A stretch of 64,000 nt of DNA, taken from NCBI GenBank assembly GCA_050290185.1, contig JBNKHE010000003.1, forward strand, positions 32,001-96,000, given 5' to 3'. The translations under genes and the position numbers were made by a program. Positions 10,932-21,026 of this stretch are shown here, piece by piece. This DNA is from Pontiella sp. (GTDB lineage Bacteria > Verrucomicrobiota > Kiritimatiellia > Kiritimatiellales > Pontiellaceae). A model generated the notes under the pieces. That model was not told the origin of the DNA. It was given only the letters and a program-made list of their open reading frames with translations, and did no database searches. How positions within the stretch are numbered: position 1 is the first letter of the stretch; the number at the start of each line of letters is the position of its first letter.

Positions 10932-12248
10932 ATGCTTTGGTTTTTATACAATCTCCTGTTCCCGGTAGTGTTCATCTGCATGCTTCCTAAATTTATTTCC
11001 CGCATGCTCCGGCGCGGGGGATACGGACAGCATTTCGAACAGCGGATCGGGCATTTTGGCAGTAATACCAAGGCCCGTTTGCGCGAGCAACGCCGCGTTT
11101 GGGTACATGCTGTAAGTGTTGGCGAAATCTATGTGGCCTTACGTTTCATCAAAGCCTACCGAGCCGCATATCCCGACACGCTTTTCGCGTTGAGCACCAC
11201 GACTTCAACGGGGCATGCCATTGCGCTCAGGGAGATTGATTCTCGGGACGTGGTTTTCTATTTTCCCGTGGACCTCCCGATAATTATCCGAAAAGTGCTG
11301 CGGATCGTAAATCCGTTGAGAATTGTGCTGGTGGAAGGGGAGTTCTGGCCCAACCTGATCCGGCTGGCCGATGAGCAAGGGATTCCGATATCATTGATCA
11401 ACGGGCGCATGTCCGAGTCCTCGTATAAAGGCTATCGCAAACTCAAGCCGCTTACAGCTGATGTGCTTCGGCGAATCAATCCGATCTGTGTGCAGGGAAG
11501 GATCGATGCCGGGCGTCTGATCGGTATTGGCGCGCCGGAGGAAAACATCCACGAGATGGGTACAGTAAAATTCGATGTCGCGGAGCGTGATCCCGCCGGT
11601 GAAAAAACGGCGCGGGAGATCATGCGAAAAATACATGTTCCGAAGGATGCCGCTGTGTTGCTTGGCGGGTCTACCTGGCCGGGCGAAGAGTCGGAACTTT
11701 GCTCTATCTACCGTCAGCTTCGCGAGAGCAACCCCGATCTGTTTCTGGTCATGGTGCCGCGCCACGTCGAGCGTGCAGATGAGGTGGTGAGGGTTTTCGA
11801 GGAACAGGGATTGTCCTATGTGCGGCGAAGCCGGATCGATGCATTTGAGGAGGCCAGCCGTCCGGATGTATTGTTCATTGATACCACGGGGGAGCTGCGT
11901 AACTTTTACTCCGTTTCCGACATCATTTTTATTGGGAAAAGCCTGACGCAGCATGGCGGGCAGAATCCGATCGAGCCGGCCATGTATGGCAAGGCCATCG
12001 TCATGGGCCCCAACATGGAAAACTTTCCGGCGGTTATGGAGGCGTTCCTGCAAAAGCAGGCGGTTAAGCAGGTCGATTCGGCCTCCGCACTTGCTGCGGC
12101 CATTGCGCGATTGCTGGCCTCGCCGGCGGAACGGAAGGATCTCGGATTGCGCGCGGGGCAGGTCGTCGACGAAAACCGCGGAGTCATTGACCGGACCGTG
12201 GAACTATTGGGGGGAAATAGGGTTGTGCGCAACCCGGCCCTCGGCTAA
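10932..12248 (+). CDS. waaA: Kdo transferase
   Basis: WVHAVSVGE, STTTSTG, EFWPNL, PRHVER, DTTGEL, GGQNPIEPA. Confidence 0.95.
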   Translation: MLWFLYNLLFPVVFICMLPKFISRMLRRGGYGQHFEQRIGHFGSNTKARLREQRRVWVHAVSVGEIYVALRFIKAYRAAYPDTLFALSTTTSTGHAIALREIDSRDVVFYFPVDLPIIIRKVLRIVNPLRIVLVEGEFWPNLIRLADEQGIPISLINGRMSESSYKGYRKLKPLTADVLRRINPICVQGRIDAGRLIGIGAPEENIHEMGTVKFDVAERDPAGEKTAREIMRKIHVPKDAAVLLGGSTWPGEESELCSIYRQLRESNPDLFLVMVPRHVERADEVVRVFEEQGLSYVRRSRIDAFEEASRPDVLFIDTTGELRNFYSVSDIIFIGKSLTQHGGQNPIEPAMYGKAIVMGPNMENFPAVMEAFLQKQAVKQVDSASALAAAIARLLASPAERKDLGLRAGQVVDENRGVIDRTVELLGGNRVVRNPALG

Positions 12249-12273
12249 CTTATGGCATCTTTAGCAGAACGGA

Positions 12274-12633
12274 ATGCATATGTCTGACATTTACAAGCAG
12301 CGGGAGCCCATGCCTTACGGCAATCGCAGTCCCAAGCGCTCAGGCCGCCGCCGGCGCTCATCCGGGCCAAAACAACCTTTCGATGACCATTCACGCAAAC
12401 GCCGGAGCACGAATTCGGGCTTGCGACGCTTGCTTCATCTTTACCGGAAAAAGGAAAACGAAAAGGTTTTTTGGTGGAGTGTGCTGGGAACCGTCGTGGT
12501 GGTGGTTGGATTGCTGGCGATATGGCAGTTCGGGATCCGCGAATACCAGATTCGCAAGCAGAACAATCGGGACGACTATATCCAGCACCAGCAACCGATC
12601 GCAGGCGAGGGTCAATCCTCAGCGGCGGAATAG
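12274..12633 (+). CDS. Hypothetical protein with basic N-terminus and one TM helix
   Basis: 119 aa ORF filling the gap between waaA and the convergent M50 gene; VFWWSVLGTVVVVVGLLAIW helix. Confidence 0.6.
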   Translation: MHMSDIYKQREPMPYGNRSPKRSGRRRRSSGPKQPFDDHSRKRRSTNSGLRRLLHLYRKKENEKVFWWSVLGTVVVVVGLLAIWQFGIREYQIRKQNNRDDYIQHQQPIAGEGQSSAAE

Positions 12634-13407
12634 CTTGCGGAGTTTTTCCATCACCGTCCCGCTTTGGCCGCCGGTGGCATAGGGAGGCGGGCTCACTTCG
12701 ACGTTGATATTGCTATCACTGAACCCGCTGAAGGGTTGAGCCTGATGTTCCAGTAAAACCTGCCGATATTCAACCTGTCCTGCGCGATAGATGTAGAATC
12801 CGATGAAGGCCAGGATATAGTTATGTTCAAAGGGGCCGATCAGGCCCAAAATTCGGGTGCGCAGTCCGAAAATCCCGATCACTACAAACAGGATGCAGAA
12901 ATACTTTCCGACGGTTGCCGCGATGCGCGTCGCATTGACCCGCCCTTTTTTAATGGTTAAAGCGGCTCGAAGCACACGGCCTCCGTCCATGGGAAATACG
13001 GGAAGTATGTTGAACAGGAAAAGCATCATGTTGAGGTACCCAAGAAAGTAGAGCAGTTCGATCTGGCGAAATACCAGCGCCAGAAGCAGGCTGACGGCGG
13101 GGCCGGCCAGGGCCACCATGATTTCATCCCATGGACGCTTCGGGATGTTGGAAATCTTGGCCGCGCCGCCGAACGGGTAGAGCACGATCTCATGGATATA
13201 GCCCCCTTTTGCCCGGGCAACGACGGAGTGACCCAACTCATGCAATGCCACGCTACCGAAAACCCCTAGCGCGAGAATAAGCGCGATCAGCAGGTTGCTG
13301 CCCGGTAGCAGTGCAATAAAACCTATCGCGATCAGGAGCGAAAGATGCAGTCGGATCGGTATACCGAGCACCGAGCCGATTAATAATGCGTTTTTTTCAA
13401 ATTTCAT
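12619..13407 (-). CDS. Site-2 protease (M50 family)
   Basis: HELGH, ALAGP, FNILPVFPMDGGR. Confidence 0.93.
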   Translation of the reverse strand: MKFEKNALLIGSVLGIPIRLHLSLLIAIGFIALLPGSNLLIALILALGVFGSVALHELGHSVVARAKGGYIHEIVLYPFGGAAKISNIPKRPWDEIMVALAGPAVSLLLALVFRQIELLYFLGYLNMMLFLFNILPVFPMDGGRVLRAALTIKKGRVNATRIAATVGKYFCILFVVIGIFGLRTRILGLIGPFEHNYILAFIGFYIYRAGQVEYRQVLLEHQAQPFSGFSDSNINVEVSPPPYATGGQSGTVMEKLRKLFRR

Positions 13408-13497
13408 CGTAAATACTTTCTTCTGTGAAATTGAAGACACGTTCACTGCGGATGCATTCAAAAACAAGTGGAAATGGTCGTTTTTGTTCTATCTGCG

Positions 13498-13542
13498 TTG
13501 ACAGCAAAGGGTAAATGTCCTTTTATCCGGAAATTCGGATAT
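13498..13542 (+). promoter_or_regulatory. Sigma70-type promoter with overlapping palindromic operator (SahR-like)
   Basis: TTGACA at 13498, 17 bp spacer, TTTTAT at 13521; palindrome TATCCG-N6-CGGATA at 13524-13541 just before the regulator ATG. Confidence 0.65.
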
Positions 13543-13549
13543 ATGAATA

Positions 13550-14473
13550 ATGAGTGGGATTCTAGATATTTTCAAGGCGTTGGCGGATGAGGGTCGTCTC
13601 CGTATATTGCGCGCGGTCGACCAAATCGAGCTTTCCGTTGCCGAGTTGGTTCAAGCGCTGGAGATGCCGCAATCGACGGTGAGCCGTCATCTAAAACCGA
13701 TGCGGGAGGCGGGTTTGGTTGCATCGCGCCGCGATGGCACCTCGGTCTACTATAACCGCGGTCCGTTGTTTGATGATGCGGCCTTTGCGCAGATTCTGAC
13801 GGAGCGTTTGCAGGAGTTGTCGGTAGCTCATCGTGACGCGGCATCTGTGGAACGCGTGGTGGAACTTCGGCGAAAAAAGAGCCGTGAATTTTTCGACGAA
13901 ATCGCGGGACGCTACGGCACGCTTACGGAGCCGGGCGGCGGTTGGCAGGCGCTGGCCGCGGGGCTTGCGGCGGGGTTTGCCGGAAAGACCGTGGCTGATT
14001 TGGGGTGTGGCGAAGGGGTGTTAACCCTGCTGCTGGCACGCTTCGCCGATAAAGTGGTGGCGTTCGACCAGTCGGAAAAGATGCTGGCTCTGGTTGCGGA
14101 AAAGGCCCATGAACAAAAGGTGGGCGAGAGTCTCGACCTGCGGGTCGGCAATCTGGAGGATCTGGATCTGTCCGGCGAAGCATTCGATGCGTTGTTCCTG
14201 AGCCAGGCCTTGCACCATACATCCAATCCCGAGAAAGTGATCCGGTCTGCGGCACAGGGACTCAAGGCGGGGGGGCAGATGGTTATCCTCGATCTGGTTC
14301 GTCACGAACATGAATGGGCGCGGGAAGAGTGGGCGGACCAATGGCTCGGATTCGACCCGCTGGAAACCCGCGAATGGCTGGCCGGAGCCGGGTTGAAAAC
14401 GCTCATGCTCGATGCGCTTCCGGGGGCCACGCCTGACCTTGCGGTATTATTCGTTGTGGGCGTGAAGCAATAG
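13550..14473 (+). CDS. ArsR-HTH + SAM-binding methyltransferase-fold regulator (SahR-like)
   Basis: FKALADEGRLRIL, QSTVSRHL, DLGCGEG; lies directly upstream of ahcY. Confidence 0.88.
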   Translation: MSGILDIFKALADEGRLRILRAVDQIELSVAELVQALEMPQSTVSRHLKPMREAGLVASRRDGTSVYYNRGPLFDDAAFAQILTERLQELSVAHRDAASVERVVELRRKKSREFFDEIAGRYGTLTEPGGGWQALAAGLAAGFAGKTVADLGCGEGVLTLLLARFADKVVAFDQSEKMLALVAEKAHEQKVGESLDLRVGNLEDLDLSGEAFDALFLSQALHHTSNPEKVIRSAAQGLKAGGQMVILDLVRHEHEWAREEWADQWLGFDPLETREWLAGAGLKTLMLDALPGATPDLAVLFVVGVKQ

Positions 14474-14475
14474 GC

Positions 14476-14551
14476 ATTTAAACAGAAGGACGCAAGGGCC
14501 GCAGAGCTCGCGAATTTATTCTTCGCGATCTTTGCGCTCTGGGTGTTGAAA
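14476..14551. repeat. Imperfect inverted repeat of CGCAA(A)G/CTTTGCG-type units
   Basis: aacagaaggacgcaagggccgcagag ... cttcgcgatctttgcgctctgggtgtt. Confidence 0.6.
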
Positions 14552-14575
14552 ACTTAACTAAGCAGGAGAGAAGCA

Positions 14576-16000
14576 ATGGCTGCAAAGAAGAAAACAGCAA
14601 AGAAAAAAGCAGATTACGTAATTACCGATCTTTCACTGGCCGGATTTGGCCGCAAGGAAATGGAATTGGCGGAATATGAAATGCCGGGCCTGATGGCGTT
14701 GCGTGAAAAGTACGGCAATGAAAAGCCGCTCAAGGGCGCGCGCATTACCGGTTCGCTGCATATGACCATCCAGACCGCGATGTTGATTGAAACCCTGCAG
14801 GAACTGGGAGCCAAGGTACGTTGGGCCAGCTGCAATATTTTTTCCACGCAGGATCATGCCGCTGCGGCGATCGCGGCGACGGGGACCCCGGTATTTGCCA
14901 AGAAGGGCGAGTCGCTGGAGGAATATTGGGAATACACCGACCGGATTCTCGACTGGGGCAACGGCAAGGGGCCGAATGTGATTCTGGACGATGGCGGCGA
15001 CGCAACCATGTTTGTGCAGCTCGGATACAAGGCCGAAACCGATTCCTCAATTCTGGACAAGAAGCCGGGCAGTCCCGAGGAAGCCATTCTGTACGCCCAG
15101 CTTAAAAAGGCGCTCAAGAAGGATCCCAACCGCTTTTCACGTATCGCCAAGGATATCCTCGGGGTCTCCGAAGAAACCACCACAGGCGTACACCGCCTCT
15201 ACCAGCTGGCCGCCAAGGGCGAGTTGCTCTTCCCGGCGTTCAACGTGAACGACTCCGTAACCAAGTCCAAGTTCGACAACCTCTACGGCTGCCGCCACTC
15301 GCTCGTCGACAGCATCATGCGCGCGACCGATGTGATGCTCTCCGGCAAGATTGCCGTCGTGGCGGGCTATGGCGATGTGGGCAAGGGCTGTGCGCAGTCG
15401 TTGAAGGGGCAGGGGGCCCGTGTTGTGATCACCGAGATTGATCCGATCTGTGCGTTGCAGGCGGCCATGGAAGGCTTCGAAGTGATGAACATGAGCGAAG
15501 CGTGTTTGATCGGCGATGTGTTTGTGACGACCACCGGATGTTGCGACGTCATCACAGAACAGCACATGAAGAAAATGAAGGACATGGCGATTGTCTGCAA
15601 TATCGGCCACTTCGATTCCGAAATCCAGGTTGAGAAGATGAAGAAATACAAATGGACCAACATCAAGCCGCAGGTAGACAAGATCACCATGCCCAAGGGG
15701 CACAGCATCATTCTGCTGGCCGAAGGTCGTCTGGTGAACCTCGGTTGCGCCACCGGCCATCCGAGTTTTGTGATGAGCAACAGCTTTACCAACCAGGTGC
15801 TGGCCCAGATGGAGCTATACTGCAATCCGGGCAAATATCCGGTCGGGGTCTACACGTTGCCGAAGCTGCTCGACGAAGAGGTAGCGCGACTGCATCTGGA
15901 AAAGATCGGCGTCAAGCTCGATCACCTCACCCGAAATCAGGCTAAATATCTGGGCATACCGAAGGATGGGCCGTTCAAGCCGGACCATTATCGCTACTAG
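14576..16000 (+). CDS. ahcY: S-adenosylhomocysteine hydrolase
   Basis: [49 protein letters not shown]-terminal PDHYRY. Confidence 0.98.
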   Translation: MAAKKKTAKKKADYVITDLSLAGFGRKEMELAEYEMPGLMALREKYGNEKPLKGARITGSLHMTIQTAMLIETLQELGAKVRWASCNIFSTQDHAAAAIAATGTPVFAKKGESLEEYWEYTDRILDWGNGKGPNVILDDGGDATMFVQLGYKAETDSSILDKKPGSPEEAILYAQLKKALKKDPNRFSRIAKDILGVSEETTTGVHRLYQLAAKGELLFPAFNVNDSVTKSKFDNLYGCRHSLVDSIMRATDVMLSGKIAVVAGYGDVGKGCAQSLKGQGARVVITEIDPICALQAAMEGFEVMNMSEACLIGDVFVTTTGCCDVITEQHMKKMKDMAIVCNIGHFDSEIQVEKMKKYKWTNIKPQVDKITMPKGHSIILLAEGRLVNLGCATGHPSFVMSNSFTNQVLAQMELYCNPGKYPVGVYTLPKLLDEEVARLHLEKIGVKLDHLTRNQAKYLGIPKDGPFKPDHYRY

Positions 16001-16056
16001 TGTTTGAATCGGCTGCTTAGGGGCGGCCGGTACCGGATCCCGATGGGATCGCCTGG

Positions 16057-16092
16057 GGAAGGGCTGTTGCCAAGCAGCCCTTCCTTTTTTTT
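16057..16092 (+). terminator. Intrinsic terminator after ahcY
   Basis: GGAAGGGCTG-loop-CAGCCCTTCC followed by T8. Confidence 0.9.
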
Positions 16093-16134
16093 GCTAGGCA
16101 AGAAACCCTGCTAAAGGGTTGTATTGGTCCGGTT

Positions 16135-16154
16135 TGTTCAGTATATTTTGAACA
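16135..16154. promoter_or_regulatory. Palindromic operator, probable autoregulatory site
   Basis: TGTTCA-N8-TGAACA ending 2 bp before ATG 16157. Confidence 0.55.
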
Positions 16155-16156
16155 TC

Positions 16157-16654
16157 ATGGAGAGTGCACCGGATAGAACAGGCTCGTTGAGCGAGCTGGA
16201 ACGCGAAGTTATTGCTTTGTTTGTGCGCATGGCCGATGTGCTGAACCTGCCGCGCTCCGTCGGGGAAATCTATGGTATTCTGTTCATTTCCATGAAACCG
16301 CTTTGTCTCGACGATTGCCGGTTGCGCCTGAATATCAGTAAAGGTTCCACCAGCCAGGGATTAAAGATTCTCAGGTCATTCGGGGCGATTCGCATTGTTT
16401 ACGTGCCGGGTGACCGCAAAGACTACTATGTTGCGGAAACCTCCTTGCGCAAAATTGCTTCGGGGTTTGCCAGCGAGCAAATCCAGCCGCATGTCGCCAG
16501 CGGGAAAGATCGGATAGAGCGCATTCGGGATCTGCTGGCGGAATATGAGGGCGACCATCGGGATGAGTTGCTGGACAAAATCGATTTGCTGGAGAATTGG
16601 CAAAAACGCGCGGGCAAGGCGCTTCCCTTGATCTTGAAGTTGATTGGAACCTGA
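16157..16654 (+). CDS. GbsR/MarR-family transcriptional regulator
   Basis: LPRSVGEIYGILF, ISKGSTSQGLKIL, PGDRKDYYVAE. Confidence 0.85.
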   Translation: MESAPDRTGSLSELEREVIALFVRMADVLNLPRSVGEIYGILFISMKPLCLDDCRLRLNISKGSTSQGLKILRSFGAIRIVYVPGDRKDYYVAETSLRKIASGFASEQIQPHVASGKDRIERIRDLLAEYEGDHRDELLDKIDLLENWQKRAGKALPLILKLIGT

Positions 16655-16657
16655 AAC

Positions 16658-17209
16658 GTGGTATCGCAGCGACAATTTGAATCGGGCGAGCATTGGTATT
16701 GTGTGCGGACCAAACCCAAAAAGGAGCGTGTGGCGGCCGCAAATGTAGCCTCCATGCTAGGGCTGGAGGTGTTCTGTCCCCAGATCCGTTTCCGCCGTAA
16801 AACGGTGCGCGGGCCGGTTTGGTTCCAGGAGGCTATGTTTCCCGGATACCTTTTTGTCCGCTTCGACATGTTTGAGATGATGCGCGCCGTTTCCCATGCT
16901 CCGGGTGTGATGAATATCCCGGTGTTCAATAATAGGTACGTATCCATTCCCAAAACGGTTATTGAGTCGCTCCGGAAGGATTTGGATGAAAACGGTTCGG
17001 TGGATGCCAGCCTGCCCCTTGAGGTTGGAGAGGAAACCACCGTTTTGGAAGGCTCGATGCGCGGGTTGAAGGTCAAGGTCATCAAGGTGATGCCGGCCGA
17101 GGGGCGGGTGGCCGTGCTGCTGGAAATGCTCGGCACGCTGGTCGAAGCGGAGTTTCCAATGGCTGTGCTGGAGCAACGCAACCGGCATCGCGCAGAGGCC
17201 GAAGACTGA
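16658..17209 (+). CDS. NusG paralog, RfaH-like antiterminator
   Basis: WYCVRTKPKKE, EAMFPGYLFVRF (NGN domain); KOW-like VGEETTVLEG; RVAVLLEMLG. Confidence 0.88.
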   Translation: MVSQRQFESGEHWYCVRTKPKKERVAAANVASMLGLEVFCPQIRFRRKTVRGPVWFQEAMFPGYLFVRFDMFEMMRAVSHAPGVMNIPVFNNRYVSIPKTVIESLRKDLDENGSVDASLPLEVGEETTVLEGSMRGLKVKVIKVMPAEGRVAVLLEMLGTLVEAEFPMAVLEQRNRHRAEAED

Positions 17210-17267
17210 TTTTCGCAATGCATTAATATCCATGATTGGGTATTTCGACAGTTTAGCAAAGAACGTA

Positions 17268-17308
17268 TGGTTTCCGCCAAAGGCAGAATAACCAAGGGCG
17301 GCAGCCTG
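17268..17308 (+). promoter_or_regulatory. JUMPStart/ops-like element, copy 1
   Basis: Hairpin TGGTT..AACCA then GGGCGGCAGCCTG, one mismatch to ops GGCGGTAGnnTG; 19 nt before glmS. Confidence 0.65.
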
Positions 17309-17327
17309 TAAAAACGAGGTAGAAACG

Positions 17328-19166
17328 ATGTGTGGTATTGTTGGATATTTTGGAAAACGCAAGGCGGCAGACATTCTGGTGGACGGCCTGCGGCGGATGG
17401 AATACCGCGGCTACGATTCGGCCGGAATCGCCTGTCTTTATGATCATCAGATCGGGGTGGTCAAGAATCCGGGAAAGATTCGTGCGCTGCGCGAAAAAGT
17501 GGATGCCTCGACACTCGTTTCATTACAGGCGTCGACCCTTGGGATCGGGCATACACGTTGGGCAACACACGGGCCGCCAACTGAAGTCAATGCCCATCCG
17601 CATCTCGATGCTTCCGGCCATTTTGCCATGGTGCACAACGGGATCATCGAAAATTACAAGTCCATCCGCAACGGTCTGGCTCAGCATGGAGTTGAATGTG
17701 TTTCCGACACAGACTCCGAGGTCCTGATCCAGTTGATCGCCTACTGCTACAAGGGGAATCTCGAAGAGGCTGTGAGCGAAGCGCTGAAGAAGGTCAAGGG
17801 AACCTACGGTATCGTGGTCATGACCGATAAAGAACCGGGCAAGCTGATTGCCGCGCGTTGCGGAAGCCCGATCGTGCTGGGGCTTGGCAAGGATGAAACC
17901 ATCATCGCCAGTGACGCGGCAGCGATCATTCCCCATACCCGCGATGCGGTCTACCTTGAAGATTTCGACATGGCGGTGATTACCGAATCCGGCATGCAGA
18001 TGTTCGATCTGCAGCGGGCACCGGTGAATCGCGAAATCACGGCGATGGACTGGGATGCCGGTGCGGCCGAAAAAGGCGAATTTGCCCATTTTATGCTCAA
18101 GGAAATGTTCGAACAGCCCGATGCCATCCGCAATGCCATCCGCGGACGGCTTGATTTTGAAATGGGTACGGCGGTGTTGTCCGGCCTTGACTTTTCTCCG
18201 CGCGACGCGGCCATGATCAACCGGGTGCTGGTGGTCGGATGCGGCACGTCCATGCATGCCGGGATGGTCGGCGAATATGCCATTGAGGAGATGGCGGGCA
18301 TTTTGGCCGAGGTGGAACAGGCGGCGGAATTCCGTTATCGAAATCCAATCATCACGCCATCCGATCTGGTGGTGGCGATCAGCCAGTCGGGGGAAACCGC
18401 CGATACGCTGGCGGCCGTGCGCGAGGCCAAGAACAAGGGGGCCGTGGTAGCCGGTATCTGCAATGTGGTCGGATCGACGATTGCGCGCGAAACCGGTCGC
18501 GGGGTTTATCTGCATGCCGGGCCGGAAATCGGCGTGGCCTCCACCAAGGCCTTCACCTGCCAGGTCTCGGTCATGTTGATGATGGCGCTCAAGCTTGCCC
18601 GGACCCGTCGCATGCCGCGAAACGAAGGCGAGGAAATGTGCCGCTGGATTGAACGCCTGCCGGAACTCGTGGAAAAGGTGCTGGAACAGAACGAAGCGAT
18701 CAAAGCCGTTGCGCAGAAATATGCCGGGTGCGAAAACGCCTTCTTCATTGGCCGCGGCTATCTCTATCCGGTGGCGTTGGAAGGGGCGCTGAAGCTCAAG
18801 GAAATCAGTTATGTGCATGCCGAGGGCTATCATGCCGCTGAACTCAAGCACGGTCCTATCGCGCTGTTGCAGGAAAATACGCCGATCGTGGCGTTGCTCA
18901 ACAATGTGCCCGGCAAGGACAAATCCCTGGGGAATGCCGAGGAGTGCAAGGCGCGCAAGGCTCCGGTGATTGCCGTGGTAAGCGAAGGGGATGAAGACGT
19001 CGCCGAAGGCTTTAACGATGTGATCGTGGTGCCCGATTGTCCTCCGTGCATTGCGGCGGTTCCGACTGCGGTTGCCCTGCAGTTGCTTGCCTATCACATT
19101 GCCGCTGCCCGCGGTTGTGAAATCGATCAACCCCGAAATCTCGCCAAGTCGGTTACCGTCGAGTAG
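17328..19166 (+). CDS. glmS: Glutamine-fructose-6-phosphate aminotransferase
   Basis: MCGIVG, EYRGYDSAG, GHTRWATHG, SQSGETADT, PRNLAKSVTVE. Confidence 0.98.
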   Translation: MCGIVGYFGKRKAADILVDGLRRMEYRGYDSAGIACLYDHQIGVVKNPGKIRALREKVDASTLVSLQASTLGIGHTRWATHGPPTEVNAHPHLDASGHFAMVHNGIIENYKSIRNGLAQHGVECVSDTDSEVLIQLIAYCYKGNLEEAVSEALKKVKGTYGIVVMTDKEPGKLIAARCGSPIVLGLGKDETIIASDAAAIIPHTRDAVYLEDFDMAVITESGMQMFDLQRAPVNREITAMDWDAGAAEKGEFAHFMLKEMFEQPDAIRNAIRGRLDFEMGTAVLSGLDFSPRDAAMINRVLVVGCGTSMHAGMVGEYAIEEMAGILAEVEQAAEFRYRNPIITPSDLVVAISQSGETADTLAAVREAKNKGAVVAGICNVVGSTIARETGRGVYLHAGPEIGVASTKAFTCQVSVMLMMALKLARTRRMPRNEGEEMCRWIERLPELVEKVLEQNEAIKAVAQKYAGCENAFFIGRGYLYPVALEGALKLKEISYVHAEGYHAAELKHGPIALLQENTPIVALLNNVPGKDKSLGNAEECKARKAPVIAVVSEGDEDVAEGFNDVIVVPDCPPCIAAVPTAVALQLLAYHIAAARGCEIDQPRNLAKSVTVE

Positions 19167-19207
19167 TTCCGTTGCGTGACGGGAAGACATTTTTTGCGGG
19201 TTAAAAT

Positions 19208-20992
19208 ATGGGGTTTGCTGAACTAGGGTGGGATGCCTGGCTGACGATCGGTGTCGTCATCGCGTTGCTGGCCTTGCTGGTGTTTACCCGGCTATCGGCC
19301 GACTTTGTTTTTGTGGGCGCTTTGACCGTCCTGCTGGTCAGCGGAGTGCTGGATGTAAGCGGCGCATTGTCCGGATTCAGTGCACCGGGCATGATTACGG
19401 TCGGCGTTCTTTATGTGGTGGTGGCCGGATTGCAGGAGACCGGTGGACTGGCATGGATTTCGCATCATGTGCTGGGTTTCCCGAAAGGGGCGCGTCGAGC
19501 CCAGTTGCGGATGCTTATGCCGGTGATTCCGCTGAGTGCATTTCTGAACAATACGCCGGTGGTGGCCATGTTCATTCCCGTAGTTTCCGAATGGTGCCGC
19601 CGCCTGCGGATCTCGCCGTCGCGAATGCTGATCCCGTTGAGTTATGCCTCCATCTTCGGCGGAACGTGCACCCTGATCGGCACCAGTACGAATCTGGTCG
19701 TCAACACGATGTACCAGACCCGCTATCACAATGACGGGTTGGGCATGTTTGAAATCACGAAGCTCGGCCTGCCGTGTGCGATCGTCGGGGTGGTGTATCT
19801 GATTCTCTTCAGCCATCGCCTGCTGCCCGGACGCAAGACGATGGAAGAGGTTTTTGAGAATCCCCGTGAATACACGCTGGAACTGGAAGTCTCTCCCAGA
19901 AGTCAGATGGCGGGAAGCTCGATCGAAAAGTCCGGTCTGCGCAATCTGCCGGGGGCGTATCTGGCCGAACTGATTCGCGACGGTCAGATTGTTTCCGCGG
20001 TTTCCCCGTCGGAGATTCTGGAGGAAGGGGATCGGCTGGTGTTCGTCGGCAACATCGATTCCATGCGATCGCTGTACAGCCAGCAGGGACTGCAGCCTGC
20101 GCCGGAGCAGCTCTTCAAACTCGATACGCCCCGGCATCAGCGCTGCCTGGTGGAAGCGGTGGTATCCCACACGTGCCCCTTGGTCGGGAAGACGATCCGC
20201 GAAGGCCGCTTTCGCAACGTCTACAATGCCGTGGTCATCGCCGTGGCGCGCAACGGAGAACGCCTGCATGGCAAACTCGGGGATGTACGAATCCGGGCCG
20301 GCGATCTGCTGCTGATCGAATCCCATGCCGGTTTCATCCCGCGGCAAAAGGATTCGCACGATTTCTATTTGGTCAGCGGCGTTGAAAATTCGACGCCGCG
20401 ACGCTTTGAAAAGGCACCGTGGGCCTTTGCGATTCTCGGGGGGATGGTGCTCACGGCGGCCATGGGCTGGCTGGGTATGCTGGAGGCCGCACTGCTTGCC
20501 GCCGGGGCGATGCTGATGTTGCGATGCTGTACCATGACTCAGGCCCGGCGCAGCATAGAATGGAATGTTCTGATCGTTATCGCCGCCGCCTTGGGATTGG
20601 GTGTTGCCCTGCAGCAAACCGGAGCGGCCTCCGCGATTGCGGGATTGATGCTTGGGATCGTGAAGGATCAGCCCCATCTGGCACTGGTCATGGTTTATCT
20701 CGCAACGACGTTTTTTACCGAGATCATTACGAACAACGCCGCCGCTGCGATCGTCTTTCCAATTGCCATGAGTTCGGCGGAACGGCTTGGGGTGAGTCCC
20801 TTGCCGTTTGTTACCTGCATTATGGTAGCCGCGTCGGCCAGCTTTGCCACGCCAATCGGATACCAGACCAATCTAATGGTGTATGGCCCTGGCGGATATC
20901 GTTTCAGCGATTATCTGCGTATCGGTATACCCCTCAATATTCTGTTCGGTGTGATTGCCATTCTACTCGCACCATTAATCTGGCCGTTCTGA
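19208..20992 (+). CDS. SLC13/DASS permease with two TrkA-C domains (sulfate import likely from context)
   Basis: SAFLNNTPVVA, IGTSTNL, TPIGYQTNLMVYGPGGY; adjacent to cysQ/D/NC. Confidence 0.88.
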   Translation: MGFAELGWDAWLTIGVVIALLALLVFTRLSADFVFVGALTVLLVSGVLDVSGALSGFSAPGMITVGVLYVVVAGLQETGGLAWISHHVLGFPKGARRAQLRMLMPVIPLSAFLNNTPVVAMFIPVVSEWCRRLRISPSRMLIPLSYASIFGGTCTLIGTSTNLVVNTMYQTRYHNDGLGMFEITKLGLPCAIVGVVYLILFSHRLLPGRKTMEEVFENPREYTLELEVSPRSQMAGSSIEKSGLRNLPGAYLAELIRDGQIVSAVSPSEILEEGDRLVFVGNIDSMRSLYSQQGLQPAPEQLFKLDTPRHQRCLVEAVVSHTCPLVGKTIREGRFRNVYNAVVIAVARNGERLHGKLGDVRIRAGDLLLIESHAGFIPRQKDSHDFYLVSGVENSTPRRFEKAPWAFAILGGMVLTAAMGWLGMLEAALLAAGAMLMLRCCTMTQARRSIEWNVLIVIAAALGLGVALQQTGAASAIAGLMLGIVKDQPHLALVMVYLATTFFTEIITNNAAAAIVFPIAMSSAERLGVSPLPFVTCIMVAASASFATPIGYQTNLMVYGPGGYRFSDYLRIGIPLNILFGVIAILLAPLIWPF

Positions 20993-21026
20993 TGGAACGG
21001 CTCACTTGGGAAAGGACATATAGACC

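Noticed and set aside
14476..14551. SAH or SAM riboswitch upstream of ahcY
   Set aside because: I could not find the riboswitch core motifs; it looks like a repeat-type inverted pair. An Rfam scan would settle it.
17523..19190. Long antisense ORFs (also 2936-4078, 19292-20677, 26829-27971, 61003-62448)
   Set aside because: Shadow frames opposite well-supported genes in GC-rich DNA, with no motifs.
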